From the NCBI GenBank assembly GCA_016187035.1, contig JACPKL010000010.1, positions 26,014-90,013 of the forward strand: 64,000 nt of DNA, written 5' to 3'. The notes under the pieces were generated by a model that saw nothing but the letters and a program-made list of their open reading frames with translations, had not been told where the DNA came from and made no database searches. This DNA comes from Candidatus Daviesbacteria bacterium. GTDB taxonomy: Bacteria > Patescibacteriota > Microgenomatia > Daviesbacterales > UBA10151. A program made the position numbers and the translations under genes. Shown here piece after piece: positions 62,539-64,000 of this stretch. How positions within the stretch are numbered: position 1 is the stretch's first letter; each line of letters opens with the position of its first letter.

Positions 62539-63494
62539 TATGGATTGCTTGCTACGTTTTGGTTATGCTCTTCTAATGTTTTTGCATAATATGAGTTACC
62601 TTTGGGATCATGGTAATAGTATAAATAAGGAGTATTAGAATCAGCATTAGCTACAGCTTTTAGGCTAGAGAGGGATGGGTTACAAATAGGTCCAGGCGGT
62701 AAACCTCTATATAAATAAGTATTGTAAGGAGAGGGTATTTTTAAATCATCTTGAGTTAAATTTCTTTTCCACCAGCTTTTTTCCTTTTCCTGATACCCTA
62801 AAGCATATTGGATTGTTGCATCAGCATTTAAACCCATGCCTATTTTTAATCTTTTAAGCAAAATGCTGGCTACTTCTGTCCTGACTTTATCTGAACGGGC
62901 TTCTCTTTCCACAATAGAAGCTAAAATGACTCCCTGCTGTTCAGTTAACCCTAAAGACTTAATTTTTGATTTTAGATCATCAGAGTATTTTTCATCAAAG
63001 GTACTTTTGAGCCTTATAGCTATCTGGTCTTCTGCTACATCAATGGGGAATAAATATGTATCCGGAAACATATACCCTTCTTTTGCCGCCGCTATAAATT
63101 TTGACTTTTGACTTTTGAATTTTGAACTTAATACATCTGCCATTTCTTCTACCCTCCATCCTTCTAAAAGAGTCACCCAAACGTCTAGAGGTTTCTCAGT
63201 TAAGGTTTTAAGTGTCTGTTGAGCAGAAAAAGAAGAAGAGAGTCTAAAAGTGCCAGCTTGAACCTGATTTGCTAATCCTGATTGCTTACCATAAAGAGTA
63301 AAAGCCCAAGATGATTTTATTAAACCCATTTTTTTAAGGTTTTCTACAACTTTAGAAAAATCCTCTCCCTTATCGACTACAAATATCCTGGCGGATTTAT
63401 CAGAAGAAGGTGAGGAAAGCTGAGAAGACCAAAAGAGTTTAATTATAAAGATTATAATGGTTATAATTATTATAAATTTTATACTTTTTTTCAT
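62538..63494 (-). CDS. mltG: endolytic murein transglycosylase MltG (YceG-like)
   Basis: An N-terminal TM segment, then ILASIVEREA, GLNADATIQYALG and YNTYLYRGLPPGPICNP. Met6 (63494) is preferred for its ATGA overlap with the ruvX stop. An alternative start is at 63509. Confidence 0.85.
   Translation of the reverse strand: MKKSIKFIIIITIIIFIIKLFWSSQLSSPSSDKSARIFVVDKGEDFSKVVENLKKMGLIKSSWAFTLYGKQSGLANQVQAGTFRLSSSFSAQQTLKTLTEKPLDVWVTLLEGWRVEEMADVLSSKFKSQKSKFIAAAKEGYMFPDTYLFPIDVAEDQIAIRLKSTFDEKYSDDLKSKIKSLGLTEQQGVILASIVEREARSDKVRTEVASILLKRLKIGMGLNADATIQYALGYQEKEKSWWKRNLTQDDLKIPSPYNTYLYRGLPPGPICNPSLSSLKAVANADSNTPYLYYYHDPKGNSYYAKTLEEHNQNVASNP
63098..63127 (-). repeat. tandem 7-nt repeat (TTTTGAN x4) inside mltG coding sequence
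   Basis: The plus strand reads attttgac ttttgac ttttgaa ttttgaa. It is translated as KFKSQKSKF. The unit is the same as in the miaA array at 14060-14110. Confidence 0.6.
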
Positions 63495-63868
63495 CTTGAA
63501 TCTAACCAATCTTGAAGAATTATAGCAGCTGCAGTAGCATCATTTTTACGCCGTTTTTCTTTAGAAATGTTTGACTCAATCATTTGCATAGTTGCCTTCT
63601 GAGAAGATAATGTCTCATCGAAAGTTAATACATCTAACCCCAGTTTTTGTAAGGCTTTCACAAAACCTAATACCGCCTGGCTCATCTTCCCTTCTGGTAA
63701 ACCAACAATTATTTGATCAAACTTCTCCTGCCGTACTAATTCTCCAATTTGCATTACAGCATCTTTGAAAGATCTAACTTCAATTATTTTAAAAGGAGAA
63801 GTAAAACTACCCTCAGAAGTTGCCAAACCAACTCTTTTTAATCCAAAATCAACTCCTAAATACCTCAT
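63491..63868 (-). CDS. ruvX: putative pre-16S rRNA nuclease / Holliday junction resolvase-like YqgF (RuvX)
   Basis: 125 aa, MRYLGVDFGLKRVGLATSEG..., in the canonical position upstream of mltG. Confidence 0.85.
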   Translation of the reverse strand: MRYLGVDFGLKRVGLATSEGSFTSPFKIIEVRSFKDAVMQIGELVRQEKFDQIIVGLPEGKMSQAVLGFVKALQKLGLDVLTFDETLSSQKATMQMIESNISKEKRRKNDATAAAIILQDWLDSR

Positions 63869-63871
63869 GTA

Positions 63872-64000
63872 TCAAATCATTTTACCCAAAACTACTAACC
63901 TTTTATAGTTTAAACCTGGAGGTACACAAGTCATTAATGAAATATATCGACCTTGTGGATCAGAAGGAGCTATTACAGATAGATCGCTGGGGTCTACCAC
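63872..64000 (-). CDS. sortase, C-terminal fragment (gene continues beyond the right window edge)
   Basis: The minus frame reads VVDPSDLSVIAPSDPQGRYISLMTCVPPGLNYKRLVVLGKMI*. L-x-TC with the catalytic Cys, followed by R-L-V-V, is the sortase C-terminal signature. Confidence 0.6.
   Translation of the reverse strand: MVDPSDLSVIAPSDPQGRYISLMTCVPPGLNYKRLVVLGKMI

Overview
This is a gene-dense, AT-rich bacterial chromosome segment, roughly mid-30s % GC by eye, transcribed mostly on the minus strand. Its backbone, read along the minus strand, is conserved core machinery. It runs rpoB-rpoC-rpsL-rpsG, then a ~2.4 kb accessory insert, then fusA, a small ORF, tuf, rpsJ and the S10/spc/alpha ribosomal operons through rplM-rpsI. 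Next come a phosphomannomutase, a SAM-riboswitch-controlled metK, tRNA-Pro, recA-recX-rny and a block of six polytopic GT-C-type glycosyltransferases interrupted by hup. The remainder holds miaA, an AI-2E transporter, RNase P RNA (plus strand), comM, a DUF3048 protein, secD-x-x-secF, cca, recJ and an aroC / chorismate mutase / tyrA-pheA cluster. I infer a Patescibacteria/CPR-like small-genome organism, though no rRNA is present to confirm it. The grounds are that no L30 gene lies between rpsE and rplO, the RNase P RNA is only ~265 nt, L2 is N-terminally short, many r-proteins carry charged tails, and GT-C membrane proteins are abundant. I found no CRISPR array, rRNA, transposase or integrase. 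The most unusual observations are as follows.

1. The same GC-rich mini-repeat is inserted in frame in both rplC and fusA, and other structured GC-rich elements fill spacers of the ribosomal operons.
2. An accessory island sits between rpsG and fusA. It carries an RHH/RelE-like toxin-antitoxin pair, a variant histidine phosphatase, a YerC/TrpR-like regulator, decayed HTH remnants and a GreA-coiled-coil-only mini protein.
3. A 28-nt motif built around the perfect palindrome ATGATACGTATCAT occurs three times, twice directly abutting start codons in that island.
4. A lone plus-strand 445-aa coiled-coil orphan with its own promoter and terminator lies upstream of rpoB.
5. Six GT-C glycosyltransferases are clustered, two of them with abutting divergent start codons.
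6. Two unknown genes are translationally coupled between secD and secF, and a tandem-hairpin/uORF leader precedes secD.
7. A -10 box 6-9 nt upstream of the start codon recurs at many genes, suggesting leaderless mRNAs.

All family assignments come from motif recognition by eye; no database search was run.
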